Shown: piece after piece, positions 1 to 9,396 of the stretch
Layout: every line of letters starts with the position of its first letter
Numbering within the stretch: position 1 is the first letter of the stretch
From: Gammaproteobacteria bacterium
GTDB lineage: Bacteria > Pseudomonadota > Gammaproteobacteria > Arenicellales > JAJDZL01
DNA: 64,000 nt
NCBI GenBank assembly: GCA_022823625.1
Contig: JAJEHQ010000005.1
Span: 70,106 to 134,105, forward strand
Direction: 5' to 3'
Translations under genes and position numbers: made by a program
The notes under the pieces: model-generated
Told to the model about the DNA's origin: nothing
Database searches by the model: none
Seen by the model: the letters and a program-made list of their open reading frames with translations, nothing else

Positions 1-1316
1 CGACCTGGTCGCCCTGCCTCACGCATCCGGAATATGTTCTCCAGAATCACAATTGCTGCGTCGACCACCAAGCCAACAGCAAACGCGAGCCCTGCCAGCG
101 AAATTACATTGATCGAGCGACCCAATGCTGCCATTGCTACAAATGCGCCAATTATCGAAACGGGAATTGCAATAGAAATCATCAAGGTTGCACGAATCGA
201 TCGCAAAAACAATAACATGACCAAGGCCGCAAGCAGACCACCCACCCAAATATTTTGCTGCACGAGCCGGATTGAGGAATTGATGTAGACCGTCTCGTCA
301 TAGACCATTTCGAGCTGAAGCCCACTGCCTGGCATCGCATTTTTCTGAAGATCTTCTACAACTGCCCGAACTCCTGCGATTGTTTCAATAACATTCGCCC
401 CAACCTCACGTGTAGCGTTGAAAGGAATTGCAGGTTTGCCTTGTGCCCGAATAATGGCGGTAGGCTCCTTGTATGCCAACTCAACTGTTGCAATGTCGCT
501 CAGCCTGATTCTGCCTGAACGGGTCGAGTTCCCATCGGCAGTAGATCGAACAATAATGTTTCGAACTGCTTCAACCGAGTTCAACTCACCATCTGATCGA
601 ACTAGGTAGCGCCGCTTGCCTTCATCGACATCACCTACCGACAAGGACACATTGGAATTGCGCAGTACTTCTAGCAACTCGCCGACTGTCAGTTGCAATC
701 GAGCCAATTCGTCGGGATGAACGATGATTTGAATTTCTGGGTCGCTGCCACCGAATACGCTAACTTCGCCAACACCAGGAACCCGCTCAATTCGCTCCTT
801 GATTACGTCCTCAACAAAACGGCCATAGTGGTGAATAGGTGTTGTGTTACCCGGCACGCGATGCACATAAAACCAGGCAATCGCCCTGTCTTCACTTCCA
901 GCGACTTTAAGCTGTGGGGAATCGGCTTCGTCGGGATAGCCTGAAACCCTGTCAAGCCGATTTGACACCAGCAGCATAGCATTGTGCATATTGGTGCCGA
1001 CATCAAATTCCAAAGTAATGCGGGATCGTCCTAACTGCGCATTTCCAGTGATCGAGCGGAGTCCTTTGAGTCCGGCAAATTCCTGCTCCTGCCGGTTCAT
1101 AATTTCCCGTTCAACTTCGGCAGGTGCCGCACCTGGCCAGTATGTTGTAATAGTGATTACTGGCCGATTGACATCAGGCGCCAGCTGAATTGGAATGTTC
1201 TGCAAAGCAACAATGCCAAACAGAACAATCATCATCACCAGTGATAGAACCGCAATGGGTCTATCTACGGCGGCCGATATCAAATCGGTGGAAGATTTTG
1301 AACCGATCTCTCGCAA
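1..1316 (-). CDS. RND (AcrB/HAE-type) efflux transporter inner-membrane subunit, N-terminal ~438 codons; remainder lies beyond the window edge
   Basis: Absent from the ORF track because the frame has no stop inside the window. My translation of the minus strand from 1316 reads (M/L)REIGSKSSTDLISAAVDRPIAVLSLVMMIVLFGIVALQNIPIQLAPDVNRPVITITTYWPGAAPAEVEREI...VSVFGGSDPEIQIIVHPDELARLQLTV...LAGLAFAVGLVVDAAIVILENIFR. That is the typical RND N-terminus: TM1, porter subdomains and the VGxxVDxAIV helix. The start is assigned to TTG 1314-1316, directly after an in-frame TAA, and is uncertain. Confidence 0.8.
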   Translation of the reverse strand, partial: MREIGSKSSTDLISAAVDRPIAVLSLVMMIVLFGIVALQNIPIQLAPDVNRPVITITTYWPGAAPAEVEREIMNRQEQEFAGLKGLRSITGNAQLGRSRITLEFDVGTNMHNAMLLVSNRLDRVSGYPDEADSPQLKVAGSEDRAIAWFYVHRVPGNTTPIHHYGRFVEDVIKERIERVPGVGEVSVFGGSDPEIQIIVHPDELARLQLTVGELLEVLRNSNVSLSVGDVDEGKRRYLVRSDGELNSVEAVRNIIVRSTADGNSTRSGRIRLSDIATVELAYKEPTAIIRAQGKPAIPFNATREVGANVIETIAGVRAVVEDLQKNAMPGSGLQLEMVYDETVYINSSIRLVQQNIWVGGLLAALVMLLFLRSIRATLMISIAIPVSIIGAFVAMAALGRSINVISLAGLAFAVGLVVDAAIVILENIFRMREAGRPG

Positions 1317-1368
1317 TTACAATTTTTGAAGCTTGAAAAATGGATTGTGATCTGCAAACGCGCCACAC

Positions 1369-2352
1369 TTAACTGTTTCGTAAGTTATCGCCAATCAGGC
1401 AAAGTATCTCAAACATGATTGAATTTGCCACTAATGAAGTCATTTGGTTGGGGTGATCTTTGGTTGGCATCAGGCAAACCACATCGCCTCCAATCACGTT
1501 TTTCCCGCGAATACAGCGTATGAGATCCATTACCTGATTGATTTTAAATCCTTCTATGCCTGCTTCGATGTTGGCAACACCTGGTGCCACAGTCGGGTCT
1601 AGGCAGTCAAGATCAAATGTAACGTAGACGGGACGATCACCAACTCTTTCATTGATGATTTCTTTGCAGGCTTCAGCACCAATTTCCTCGTAGCGTTCAA
1701 TAGTAATGACCTCATAACCTAAATCATAACTGGGTTCAAGCCAGTCTAGTGTACGCACATTGCCGCGTATGCCAACTTGAACAGAATGGTGAGGGTCTAC
1801 GTGTCCGTCTCGTACCAGATAGCTAGCCCAGTGGGCCGCTGATTTCACTGCACCCAAAAAATGATCAAGCATATGATAAGCATCCGTGTGTGCATCAAAA
1901 TGCAGCAGCACTGCTTTTTCACCATTGGTAATTTTAGAATTCTCACCGGCAATCGCTTGCAGAATGCCACCTGTGATGGCGTGGTCGCCACCGATCGAAA
2001 CGGGCCGGGTACCGGCCGCATCTATTCTGGAAAAAAACTCCCGGATATCCTCGATGCTCCGTTCGTTATTGTTACCCTCAGGAAGCGGCACGTCGCCCAA
2101 ATCAGCAATTTTGAACTCTTTCCACGGATCAAGATGAAACTGCTTGTGACAGCGTCTGCCTAATGCGGAGATATTTCGTACTGCCCGCGGCCCCATGTGC
2201 TGATCTCGTTCGGTTGTACCATTACCCGTCGAATGTGGTACTCCAACGAGACCTATATCACATTCGCCCGGGTCATTAGCAATTGGGCATCGAAAAAATG
2301 TTGGTATCCCCCACCAATAAAGGCCCTCGACCATTGACTCGTGTCGTCTCAA
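1369..2352 (-). CDS. Arginase/agmatinase-family ureohydrolase (agmatinase or guanidino-acid hydrolase type)
   Basis: 327-aa ORF with family motifs SIGGDHAIT, HFDAHTDAY and VTFDLDCLDP, so the Mn-binding His/Asp residues are present. The track start is TTG; ATG at 2334 (MVEGLYWW...) is an alternative. Confidence 0.85.
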   Translation of the reverse strand: MRRHESMVEGLYWWGIPTFFRCPIANDPGECDIGLVGVPHSTGNGTTERDQHMGPRAVRNISALGRRCHKQFHLDPWKEFKIADLGDVPLPEGNNNERSIEDIREFFSRIDAAGTRPVSIGGDHAITGGILQAIAGENSKITNGEKAVLLHFDAHTDAYHMLDHFLGAVKSAAHWASYLVRDGHVDPHHSVQVGIRGNVRTLDWLEPSYDLGYEVITIERYEEIGAEACKEIINERVGDRPVYVTFDLDCLDPTVAPGVANIEAGIEGFKINQVMDLIRCIRGKNVIGGDVVCLMPTKDHPNQMTSLVANSIMFEILCLIGDNLRNS

Positions 2353-2524
2353 AATAAATACCTCTCAGACTGCGAATGTAAATTTTGTTGAATCCAGACG
2401 GCCAGAGCAGTTGATGCAAAATGCCGTTAATCTGAATCGATCATGTCAGTTAAAAATCTAAATCCTGAGAACTCGACATCAGAAATTTAACTTGCTCCGA
2501 AACTACTTCCATCAACCGCAAAGA

Positions 2525-3883
2525 CTAAATCGCGTCCGGAAACTTTGCGTTGATTTCACGCTGAATAATTTCTGCTCTTTCCCCAGCCTCCAGCGCACCT
2601 GCCTTAATATGGACATCAGTTACCGTATCAATAACCAAACCGAGAAACGCCGGGTCGTTTTCAGAGTCCTTGGCTAGTCTCAATACGGTATCGCCTCCGT
2701 AAGTTGAAATCAATCCATTATTCGATGGTGTTAATCGGTTAATGGGCTTGCCTTGGTTGACACGTCGAATGTCTCGTCGAAGCCTTGAACGCAATAGAGC
2801 AACACCCTCATCTGTGGTTCCGAGATATTCGCGCTTGTGGACGTTCATTGCTCCCTGACTGGACCAGGCTTCCCAATCACCTGGATTACTCTGCTTTTCT
2901 TCATAACTTCGATGTGCGGTCTGTCCATAAAAATCGACTTTTTCCCAACCGACATTTTTGCGACTTCCTTGACGAAGCACTTCATCAGCATCGTTGAAAT
3001 GTCGCCAGCCGAATTTTCGACTATTGATGTCATCAATCGGAGTGACCCACTTGGTCAAACTGGTACGACCAAAGGCTTTTGGACTGTCCATTACTTGAAA
3101 CATACCGCCGTTTTGCGCAAGATTCGGAAACAGATAATCGTGAAATCGTAAGCGTACCAGATTATCACTGCCACTGCGCCTCGCATGAGCATAAACAATC
3201 CCGCCATCGCGTTCTCGATATTTCACGACCGGTAATTCCAAAAAGTGCTCCAACCCGGGGAATTGGGGACCGCTGATACGTCCGTGTAAGAATACGCTGT
3301 GGAATGGATCAATCGCATTTTCCGTTTCCTGCAGCCAGTTATTTGGGGAGTGAATCGAGTATGGAATCAGTTCATGCCCTTCAATTTCCATTGAGTCGAG
3401 ATGTGGGAATTCCGGCATTTCCTCCGGTGGTCCCATATAGCAGAAAATGAGACCTTTGAACTCTTTCGCAGGGTATGCGCCCTGACAGATGCGATGACGA
3501 ATCTGACTGTCCTCCGGTTCTCCGGGCGTTTCTAGAATTGTCCCGTCAATATCAAAATGCCAGCCATGGTAGCAGCATCGAATCCCGTGTTCTTCGATTC
3601 GACCAAATTCAAGCGAAGCGCGTCGATGTGCACAGTGTTTGTGTAATACTCCAACTCTTCCGCTTAAGTCTCTGAAAACAACTAGATCTTCACAAAGTAT
3701 TGTTATGGCAACTGGTTTACCGGGATCAAGTTGCGCGGACATGGCCACTGGATGCCAGAATCGTCGAAGATATTCGCCAGTCATTGTTGCTGGACCAACT
3801 TCAAGAAAATCTACATCGGGCTGTAAAGTCTCTCGAATTGCATAACCATCATAGGGGCGAGTCGCCCAACGAACTTCCTTCAT
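2525..3883 (-). CDS. Rieske [2Fe-2S] non-heme iron oxygenase, alpha/catalytic subunit (GbcA/Stc2/ring-hydroxylating class)
   Basis: 452 aa. Rieske motif CAH...CCYH in HKHCAHRRASLEFGRIEEHGIRCCYHGWHFD. Mononuclear-iron motif D-x2-H-x4-H in NAIDPFHSVFLHGR. Confidence 0.85.
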   Translation of the reverse strand: MKEVRWATRPYDGYAIRETLQPDVDFLEVGPATMTGEYLRRFWHPVAMSAQLDPGKPVAITILCEDLVVFRDLSGRVGVLHKHCAHRRASLEFGRIEEHGIRCCYHGWHFDIDGTILETPGEPEDSQIRHRICQGAYPAKEFKGLIFCYMGPPEEMPEFPHLDSMEIEGHELIPYSIHSPNNWLQETENAIDPFHSVFLHGRISGPQFPGLEHFLELPVVKYRERDGGIVYAHARRSGSDNLVRLRFHDYLFPNLAQNGGMFQVMDSPKAFGRTSLTKWVTPIDDINSRKFGWRHFNDADEVLRQGSRKNVGWEKVDFYGQTAHRSYEEKQSNPGDWEAWSSQGAMNVHKREYLGTTDEGVALLRSRLRRDIRRVNQGKPINRLTPSNNGLISTYGGDTVLRLAKDSENDPAFLGLVIDTVTDVHIKAGALEAGERAEIIQREINAKFPDAI

Positions 3884-4129
3884 TTTCTGAAATACCTCAA
3901 ACTTAGAGATCTGGTTTCACCCTCTAGCGACTATTTTATGCCTTGTCCATACTAAGAACTGATGATTCATACGGCAACTATTCGATAGTGTTGCACTCTA
4001 TAACTGGCCTTTAAAATTCGTACAACGAATAAGACAGTATTTGCTGCCATATTCGTTCAAGTTTCACGAAACGTCTAACCCATAGTTTGTGCAACACACA
4101 ATCCTGAATCCTCGGTTCTGAAACTTCAG

Positions 4130-5482
4130 TCAGGCTATTGTGCGTTGCATCTCGTCAATCGACAACTTTAGACGCTTGATCAGTTCATTGATTTCATCTA
4201 CGCTGATAATCAATGGTGGTGCCAGTACGATTGTATTGCCGACGGCCCGAATAAAAAGTCGATTACGTTCTGCGATGTCCATCAGCAAATTTCCTGCATG
4301 AACTTCAGAGTCGGAGCGTTTAGGAATCACCTCAAAACCAGCCATCAAACCGATGCCGCGTGTATTCTCTATACTCTCAAATTCACGCAATTTGTGAATT
4401 TCACACTGAAAAATCTCGCCCACTCTGCTCACGTGGTCAACTATACCCCGCTCTTCGATAATAGAGAGGGTCTCCAGAGCAATTGCAGCACCGACAGGAT
4501 GCCCCGAATAAGTGAAACCGTGACTGAATACCCCTGTTTGAGTGGTTGCATCAACCAGAGTCTGATAAATTTCAGACTTCAGGAATACAGCAGAAATTGG
4601 GAAATAGGCAGAGGACAAACCCTTCGCTACTGTTAGTAAGTCTGGCTTAATATTGAAAGTGGTTGATCCAAACATGTTGCCCGTTCGACCAAAACCACAC
4701 ACCACCTCATCTGCAATGAAAAGAACGCCATATCGATTTAACACAGCCTGAATTTTCTCAAAATACGATTTGGGCGGAACAATGACGCCCCCAACACCCA
4801 TAACAGGTTCAGCAATAAAGGCCGCAACTGTATTGGAACCTTCAGACAGAATCTGCTGCTCCAGATCATCTGCCAGTCGCTCTGAAAACTCATCTTCACT
4901 CTCTCCTTGAACTTCGCTGCTGAAATAGCCGGGAGATTTTGCATAAATAATTTCTGGAAAATCGGCACTCGTGTACTCATACATTTGCGGCATACCGGAA
5001 AGACGGGTGGCAAATATTGTGGAACCGTGATATCCGTTCGATCTTGAAATTATTTTCCGTTTTTCTGGATACCCCTTGAATTTGTGATAAGACCATGCCA
5101 GTTTGATGGCAGATTCATTGGCCTCTGATCCTGAGCCAGCAAAAAATACCTTGCTCAGTCCTTCCGGTGCGATTTCAATCAGTCGCTGTGCTAACTGGAT
5201 AAGCTTTTCATTACTTCGGCCGCGGAATGTATGACTGTAAGGCAGTTTTGACAACTGTTCATAAGCCGCGTCAGCCAAGCGAGTCTCACTGTAGCCGAGC
5301 GTTGTGCACCAAAGGCTCGACATTGCATCCAGATAGCGATTCCCTGCCGCATCGATGAGAAATACGCCGTCACCTCGTTCAATGACAACTGAGCGCTGCT
5401 GTTCGAACTCACTCAGATGTGTGAATGAATGCATGTGATAGCGATGATCGAGTCTGTCAAGTTCGATGGCTGGTGTACTCAT
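4130..5482 (-). CDS. Class-III (omega-) aminotransferase, PLP-dependent
   Basis: Family blocks FFAGSGSEANESAIKLA, FIADEVVCGFGRTG and the PLP-lysine context DLLTVAKGLSSAYFP. The track ORF starts at 5608, but its first 42 codons look non-coding. ATG at 5480-5482 (MSTPAIELDRLDHRY...) gives a normal ~450-aa enzyme. Confidence 0.85.
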   Translation of the reverse strand: MSTPAIELDRLDHRYHMHSFTHLSEFEQQRSVVIERGDGVFLIDAAGNRYLDAMSSLWCTTLGYSETRLADAAYEQLSKLPYSHTFRGRSNEKLIQLAQRLIEIAPEGLSKVFFAGSGSEANESAIKLAWSYHKFKGYPEKRKIISRSNGYHGSTIFATRLSGMPQMYEYTSADFPEIIYAKSPGYFSSEVQGESEDEFSERLADDLEQQILSEGSNTVAAFIAEPVMGVGGVIVPPKSYFEKIQAVLNRYGVLFIADEVVCGFGRTGNMFGSTTFNIKPDLLTVAKGLSSAYFPISAVFLKSEIYQTLVDATTQTGVFSHGFTYSGHPVGAAIALETLSIIEERGIVDHVSRVGEIFQCEIHKLREFESIENTRGIGLMAGFEVIPKRSDSEVHAGNLLMDIAERNRLFIRAVGNTIVLAPPLIISVDEINELIKRLKLSIDEMQRTIA

Positions 5483-5704
5483 ACCTATAATGCGAATCTG
5501 TAATTTCTGTCTAAATCTGTTCTGTAGTTTTCTGCAAAAACCAAAAACATTCGAGAATTCCAATTGCGTGAATCTGATCGCAACCAAAATCAAATCTGGT
5601 AATTTCAACTATCCAAATATTGAGTTGATTGCGATGACTCAGATTTCTATTCCTGTTATCAACTAAACCTTCTCTAAGCCCAGTTCTCAACCAGCTCCAT
5701 AACA
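5483..5704. promoter_or_regulatory. Divergent promoter/operator region between the aminotransferase gene and the ABC importer operon, carrying a reiterated RAATCTG motif
   Basis: Direct copies at 5494-5500, 5513-5519, 5570-5576 and 5592-5598, and an inverted copy at 5640-5646. Two copies extend to RAATCTG(G)TAATTTC (5494-5507 and 5592-5606). Confidence 0.3.
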
Positions 5705-6790
5705 ATGGAAGTAAGAAAACCAATCTTATCACAGAATCGGCCCATCGCTGTAGAGCTTGTCGACGTTTGGAAAGTATTTGGCACGAAAGTTGACGAAACA
5801 ATTGCCGCAACTTTAGAAAAGCAATTATCAAAGGCGCAAGTGCTGGCGCAGTTTGGCAACGTTGTTGGCGTCCAAAGTGCGAATTTTTCGGTGCACGAAG
5901 GAGAGGTATTCTGCATTATGGGATTGTCCGGCAGCGGGAAATCTACATTGGTACGCCACATCAATCGGCTGCTTGAACCCACTCGCGGACAAATCTTCAT
6001 TCAGGGCGAGGACATAATGCTGAAAGATGAAAAGCAGTTGAGGATGCTGCGTGCGGAAAAGATTGGCATGGTATTTCAAAATATCGCCTTGTTACCGCAC
6101 CGCACCGTACTCGACAACGTTGCATTACCGCTTGATGTCAAGCGAATCAATCGGCGCCAGCGAAGAGAAACGGCTGAACGCGTGCTGGCGATGGTCGAAC
6201 TGGCAGGCTGGGAATATCACTACGCACATGAACTCTCAGGGGGTATGCAACAGCGAGTCGGATTGGCGCGCGCTATGGCAGCAGACCCTGACATTCTATT
6301 GATGGACGAGCCATTCAGTGCATTGGACCCGTTGATTCGTCGGCAATTGCAGGACGAATTCATCAAACTATCAGATCTTACCAATAAGACAACCATTTTT
6401 ATTACCCACGATCTGGATGAGGCCATCCGCATTGGCCACCGAATCGCCATTATGAACGACGGCAAACTGGTTCAGATCGGTACACCGCAGGAAATTGTTG
6501 CCAATCCAGTCGATGACTATGTTAGCGAGTTTGTAGCAAATATTTCTCGATTGAAACTGGTCAGTGCGTCCGGGGTAATGCACCCTATTGAAGACTATTC
6601 GGGCAGTCAGACTTTACTCGAAACTGCACCTCGAGTATCGGACAGTTCCGATCTTGATCGGTTGATCGACGTTTCGATTGAGTACCAAGGTCCAATCGTG
6701 ATCGTCGATGCAGAAAACAATGCAATCGGTTATGTTGACCAACAGTTGCTGCTTCACAGCATTAAGGGAAACCGGAGTAATTCATCATGA
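5705..6790 (+). CDS. Glycine-betaine/proline-betaine-type ABC transporter ATP-binding protein (ProV/OpuAA family) with C-terminal CBS-like region
   Basis: Walker A GLSGSGKST, signature LSGGMQQRVGLARA and Walker B ILLMDEPFSALD. There is a ~100-aa C-terminal extension as in ProV. A 4-nt overlap (ATGA) links it to the next gene. Confidence 0.9.
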   Translation: MEVRKPILSQNRPIAVELVDVWKVFGTKVDETIAATLEKQLSKAQVLAQFGNVVGVQSANFSVHEGEVFCIMGLSGSGKSTLVRHINRLLEPTRGQIFIQGEDIMLKDEKQLRMLRAEKIGMVFQNIALLPHRTVLDNVALPLDVKRINRRQRRETAERVLAMVELAGWEYHYAHELSGGMQQRVGLARAMAADPDILLMDEPFSALDPLIRRQLQDEFIKLSDLTNKTTIFITHDLDEAIRIGHRIAIMNDGKLVQIGTPQEIVANPVDDYVSEFVANISRLKLVSASGVMHPIEDYSGSQTLLETAPRVSDSSDLDRLIDVSIEYQGPIVIVDAENNAIGYVDQQLLLHSIKGNRSNSS

Positions 6791-8298
6791 ATCAAAGCAC
6801 CATTGAACTTGATGGTAAGTCAAATGAGCGAAACCAGGCTATCTCGGAGTTTATTGGCTACGGCTCAAATTACTATCAACAGCAATTTGATCGGCTGGAT
6901 GAATCGACAACGCCAATTTTTAGTTTTAACAGCGCGGCAGCGTTGCTCGGACCAGTCTGGTGGGCTGCCAGACATCTATGGGTAGGCTTCTGGGTCTTTT
7001 TGTTCTTTGAAGGCATTGCTTTTGTACAAATATTCCGCGGTCTGTTGGCAGATCTTGGAAGTGACGAATTTGCACGTGCAGACCGGCTCGCCAAGATGGC
7101 CGAGATTCGTCAGAATGAAGCAGACGAAGCAGCAGCGATTGGTGCAGATAACGCTGATGTACTCCTGGAATCAGCTCTCGCTCTTAATTCCGCAAGCCAA
7201 AAAGCCTGGAGTCAGGCAGAACAAATTGCTGCTCAGGCTCCCTTTCTGATTATTCTTGGAATTGCCTTGGTTCTGGCCGTCAAGGTAGTTCAGGGACTCA
7301 TCGCGAACAAAGTGCTGAAAAGCCGATTCCAAAGATGGAGAGCAGATAAATCACTTCCCACAGGCGTTGATCAGCTGCAGATTTTGCTGACTGGCGGGTT
7401 CTATTTGGCAGTCCTCATTACATCAGTCTATCGCTTCTCTGCAACAAATGTTCCCGACTGGCTGAAAGAGATCCCGGTTGAACCAAGCTGGCGAAGAAGT
7501 GCAGAGTCAGTAATCGACAATGCGGTGCAATGGCTGACCGAAACCTTTGCAGTTTTTTTCAGTGGAATCACCCTTACCATTCGCCAGCTCTTGGATTTTC
7601 TGGAAACGGTAATGATCGGAACGCCATGGATCATTACGATGGCTGTTATCGTCCTCATCTCAGCAAAGGCCGCTGGTAAAAGAGTCGCCATCTATACTGC
7701 AGCCGCCCTATTTTATCTTGGCATCTTCGGTTTCTGGGAAAAGAGCATGCTGACGGTGGCACTGCTTGGAACCGCCTGTCTGATCTGTGTTGTCCTTGGG
7801 ATCCCGCTTGGAATTCTCTGTCAGCGAAAGGAGCGAGTGCGCTCATTCGTGTGGCCGATTTTAGATTTAATGCAAACGATGCCGTCATTTGTTTACCTGA
7901 TTCCTGTCATTGCGTTTTTCGGAATCGGCAAACCGCCTGGGATTATTGCAACCATCATTTTTGGCATGCCGCCAGTGGTGCGCTTGACTGTTCTCGGACT
8001 GCAAGGCGTCCCCAATCATATCAGAGAAGCAGCTACAGCATTTGGTGCATCCAAACTGTATCTGTTGCTTCGCGTCGATTTACCGCTCGCCAGACCATCG
8101 ATCATGGCCGGAGTCAATCAAACTATATTGATGTGCCTGTCGATGGTAGTCATCGCTTCTCTCATTGGCGCCAAAGGGTTGGGTGAAGATGTGCTTGATG
8201 CCTTGACCTATGCTCACGAAGGCAAAGGCATCCTCGCTGGCGTTGCAATCTTATTTTGTGCTATGATTCTTGATAGAATTGTTCAAAGCAGGAGCTGA
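6787..8298 (+). CDS. ABC transporter permease (ProW/OpuAB family) with a ~220-aa N-terminal membrane extension
   Basis: The C-terminal ~280 aa show the ProW-type permease core, including the EAA-like loop (REAATAFGASKLYLLLRVDLPLARPSIMAG). The N-terminal part (SFNSAAALLGPVWWAARHLW...) resembles DUF2628-type small membrane domains, from memory only. Confidence 0.85.
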   Translation: MNQSTIELDGKSNERNQAISEFIGYGSNYYQQQFDRLDESTTPIFSFNSAAALLGPVWWAARHLWVGFWVFLFFEGIAFVQIFRGLLADLGSDEFARADRLAKMAEIRQNEADEAAAIGADNADVLLESALALNSASQKAWSQAEQIAAQAPFLIILGIALVLAVKVVQGLIANKVLKSRFQRWRADKSLPTGVDQLQILLTGGFYLAVLITSVYRFSATNVPDWLKEIPVEPSWRRSAESVIDNAVQWLTETFAVFFSGITLTIRQLLDFLETVMIGTPWIITMAVIVLISAKAAGKRVAIYTAAALFYLGIFGFWEKSMLTVALLGTACLICVVLGIPLGILCQRKERVRSFVWPILDLMQTMPSFVYLIPVIAFFGIGKPPGIIATIIFGMPPVVRLTVLGLQGVPNHIREAATAFGASKLYLLLRVDLPLARPSIMAGVNQTILMCLSMVVIASLIGAKGLGEDVLDALTYAHEGKGILAGVAILFCAMILDRIVQSRS

Positions 8299-8351
8299 GA
8301 CAATTCATTTACTGGACTTCTATTGGACTTCAAAAATTGGAGGAATGAGCA

Positions 8352-9326
8352 ATGTTTAACAATTTCAAAAAAATAGCAACCACAGTAGTCATGGCGTTCA
8401 GTCTGATCGCTGCGAATGTGGCTTACTCTTCAGATAAGGTCATCATTGGACAGCTAAACTGGGGCTATTCTAAAATTATGACCAACATCATGAAAATCGT
8501 CGCCGAGGATAACTATGGTCTCCAGGTAGACATGGTGCCTGGCAATCACGCAGTGTTCTTCAAAGCGATGGATCAGGGCAAAGGTGAAGTTGACGTTCAT
8601 CCCGAAGTTTGGCTTCCGAACAATCAGGGTCTGGTTGATCAGTATGTCAACGAAAATCAAACTGTTGTATTGACTGATGCTGTATTTCCAGCATTTGATG
8701 GATTTTGCACGACTCAGGAAGCGGTAGATACTTATGGATTGAAATCCGTTTACGATCTCACACGCCCCGAAATTGTTGGCCTGACAGATCGCGATGGAGA
8801 TGGCAAAGGCGAAATCTGGATGGGAGCACCTGGCTGGAGTTCAACAAAAATTCATCAAATCAGAGCAAGAGACTATGGGTTTGCTGATTTGTATGATTTA
8901 ACCGTGAGCGAGGAGAATGTCATTCTGGCACAGATTGACGCGGATGCCAAAGCAGGTCGAGTCATAGTGTGGGCCTGTTATCTGCCACATCACATTTTCG
9001 GAATGCATCCGCTCGTCGTGCTTGAAGAGCCGGCGCATGATCCCGAAAAGTGGCAGGTCGCCGATTTAAATGAAGACCCCAACTGGTTGGAAAATTCACA
9101 CGTTTCTACATCCTTTCCTCCGATCAGCTCACATATCGCCTACTCGAAACGACTTGAAACCGATGCACCTGAAATGGCTAAATTGCTGAATGGAATCGAC
9201 TTCAGTCAGGAATTGATCAATCAATGGTCTTTTGCATCAAGCGTCGAACAAGTCGACCCAGTCGTGTATGCCCGCGAATGGGTTGACGCAAACAAGGAAC
9301 TGGTGCAGTCCTGGTTGAGTAACTGA
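8352..9326 (+). CDS. ABC transporter substrate-binding protein (ProX/OpuAC glycine-betaine-binding family)
   Basis: 324 aa with an N-terminal signal peptide (MFNNFKKIATTVVMAFSLIAANVAYS). Its size and its position after ProV/ProW fit the family, as does the aromatic-rich pattern (LNWGYS..., WMGAPGWS). Confidence 0.8.
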   Translation: MFNNFKKIATTVVMAFSLIAANVAYSSDKVIIGQLNWGYSKIMTNIMKIVAEDNYGLQVDMVPGNHAVFFKAMDQGKGEVDVHPEVWLPNNQGLVDQYVNENQTVVLTDAVFPAFDGFCTTQEAVDTYGLKSVYDLTRPEIVGLTDRDGDGKGEIWMGAPGWSSTKIHQIRARDYGFADLYDLTVSEENVILAQIDADAKAGRVIVWACYLPHHIFGMHPLVVLEEPAHDPEKWQVADLNEDPNWLENSHVSTSFPPISSHIAYSKRLETDAPEMAKLLNGIDFSQELINQWSFASSVEQVDPVVYAREWVDANKELVQSWLSN

Positions 9327-9362
9327 TCCCTCAAGAATCAGCACCACTTGACATTTGTTTTC

Positions 9363-9396
9363 ACCTGAAGTGCGGCTCATCAGCTGCACTTCAGGT
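9363..9396 (+). terminator. Stem-loop after the ABC importer operon (putative terminator)
   Basis: Perfect 11-bp arms ACCTGAAGTGC (9363-9373) and GCACTTCAGGT (9386-9396) with a 12-nt loop, 37 nt after the stop codon. No clear U-tract follows. Confidence 0.45.

Noticed and set aside
5483-5608. 42-codon N-terminal extension of the aminotransferase ORF
   Set aside because: The sequence MKLPDLILVAIRFTQLEFSNVF... has no counterpart in class-III aminotransferases and lies in the AT-rich promoter region. ATG 5482 gives the normal N-terminus.
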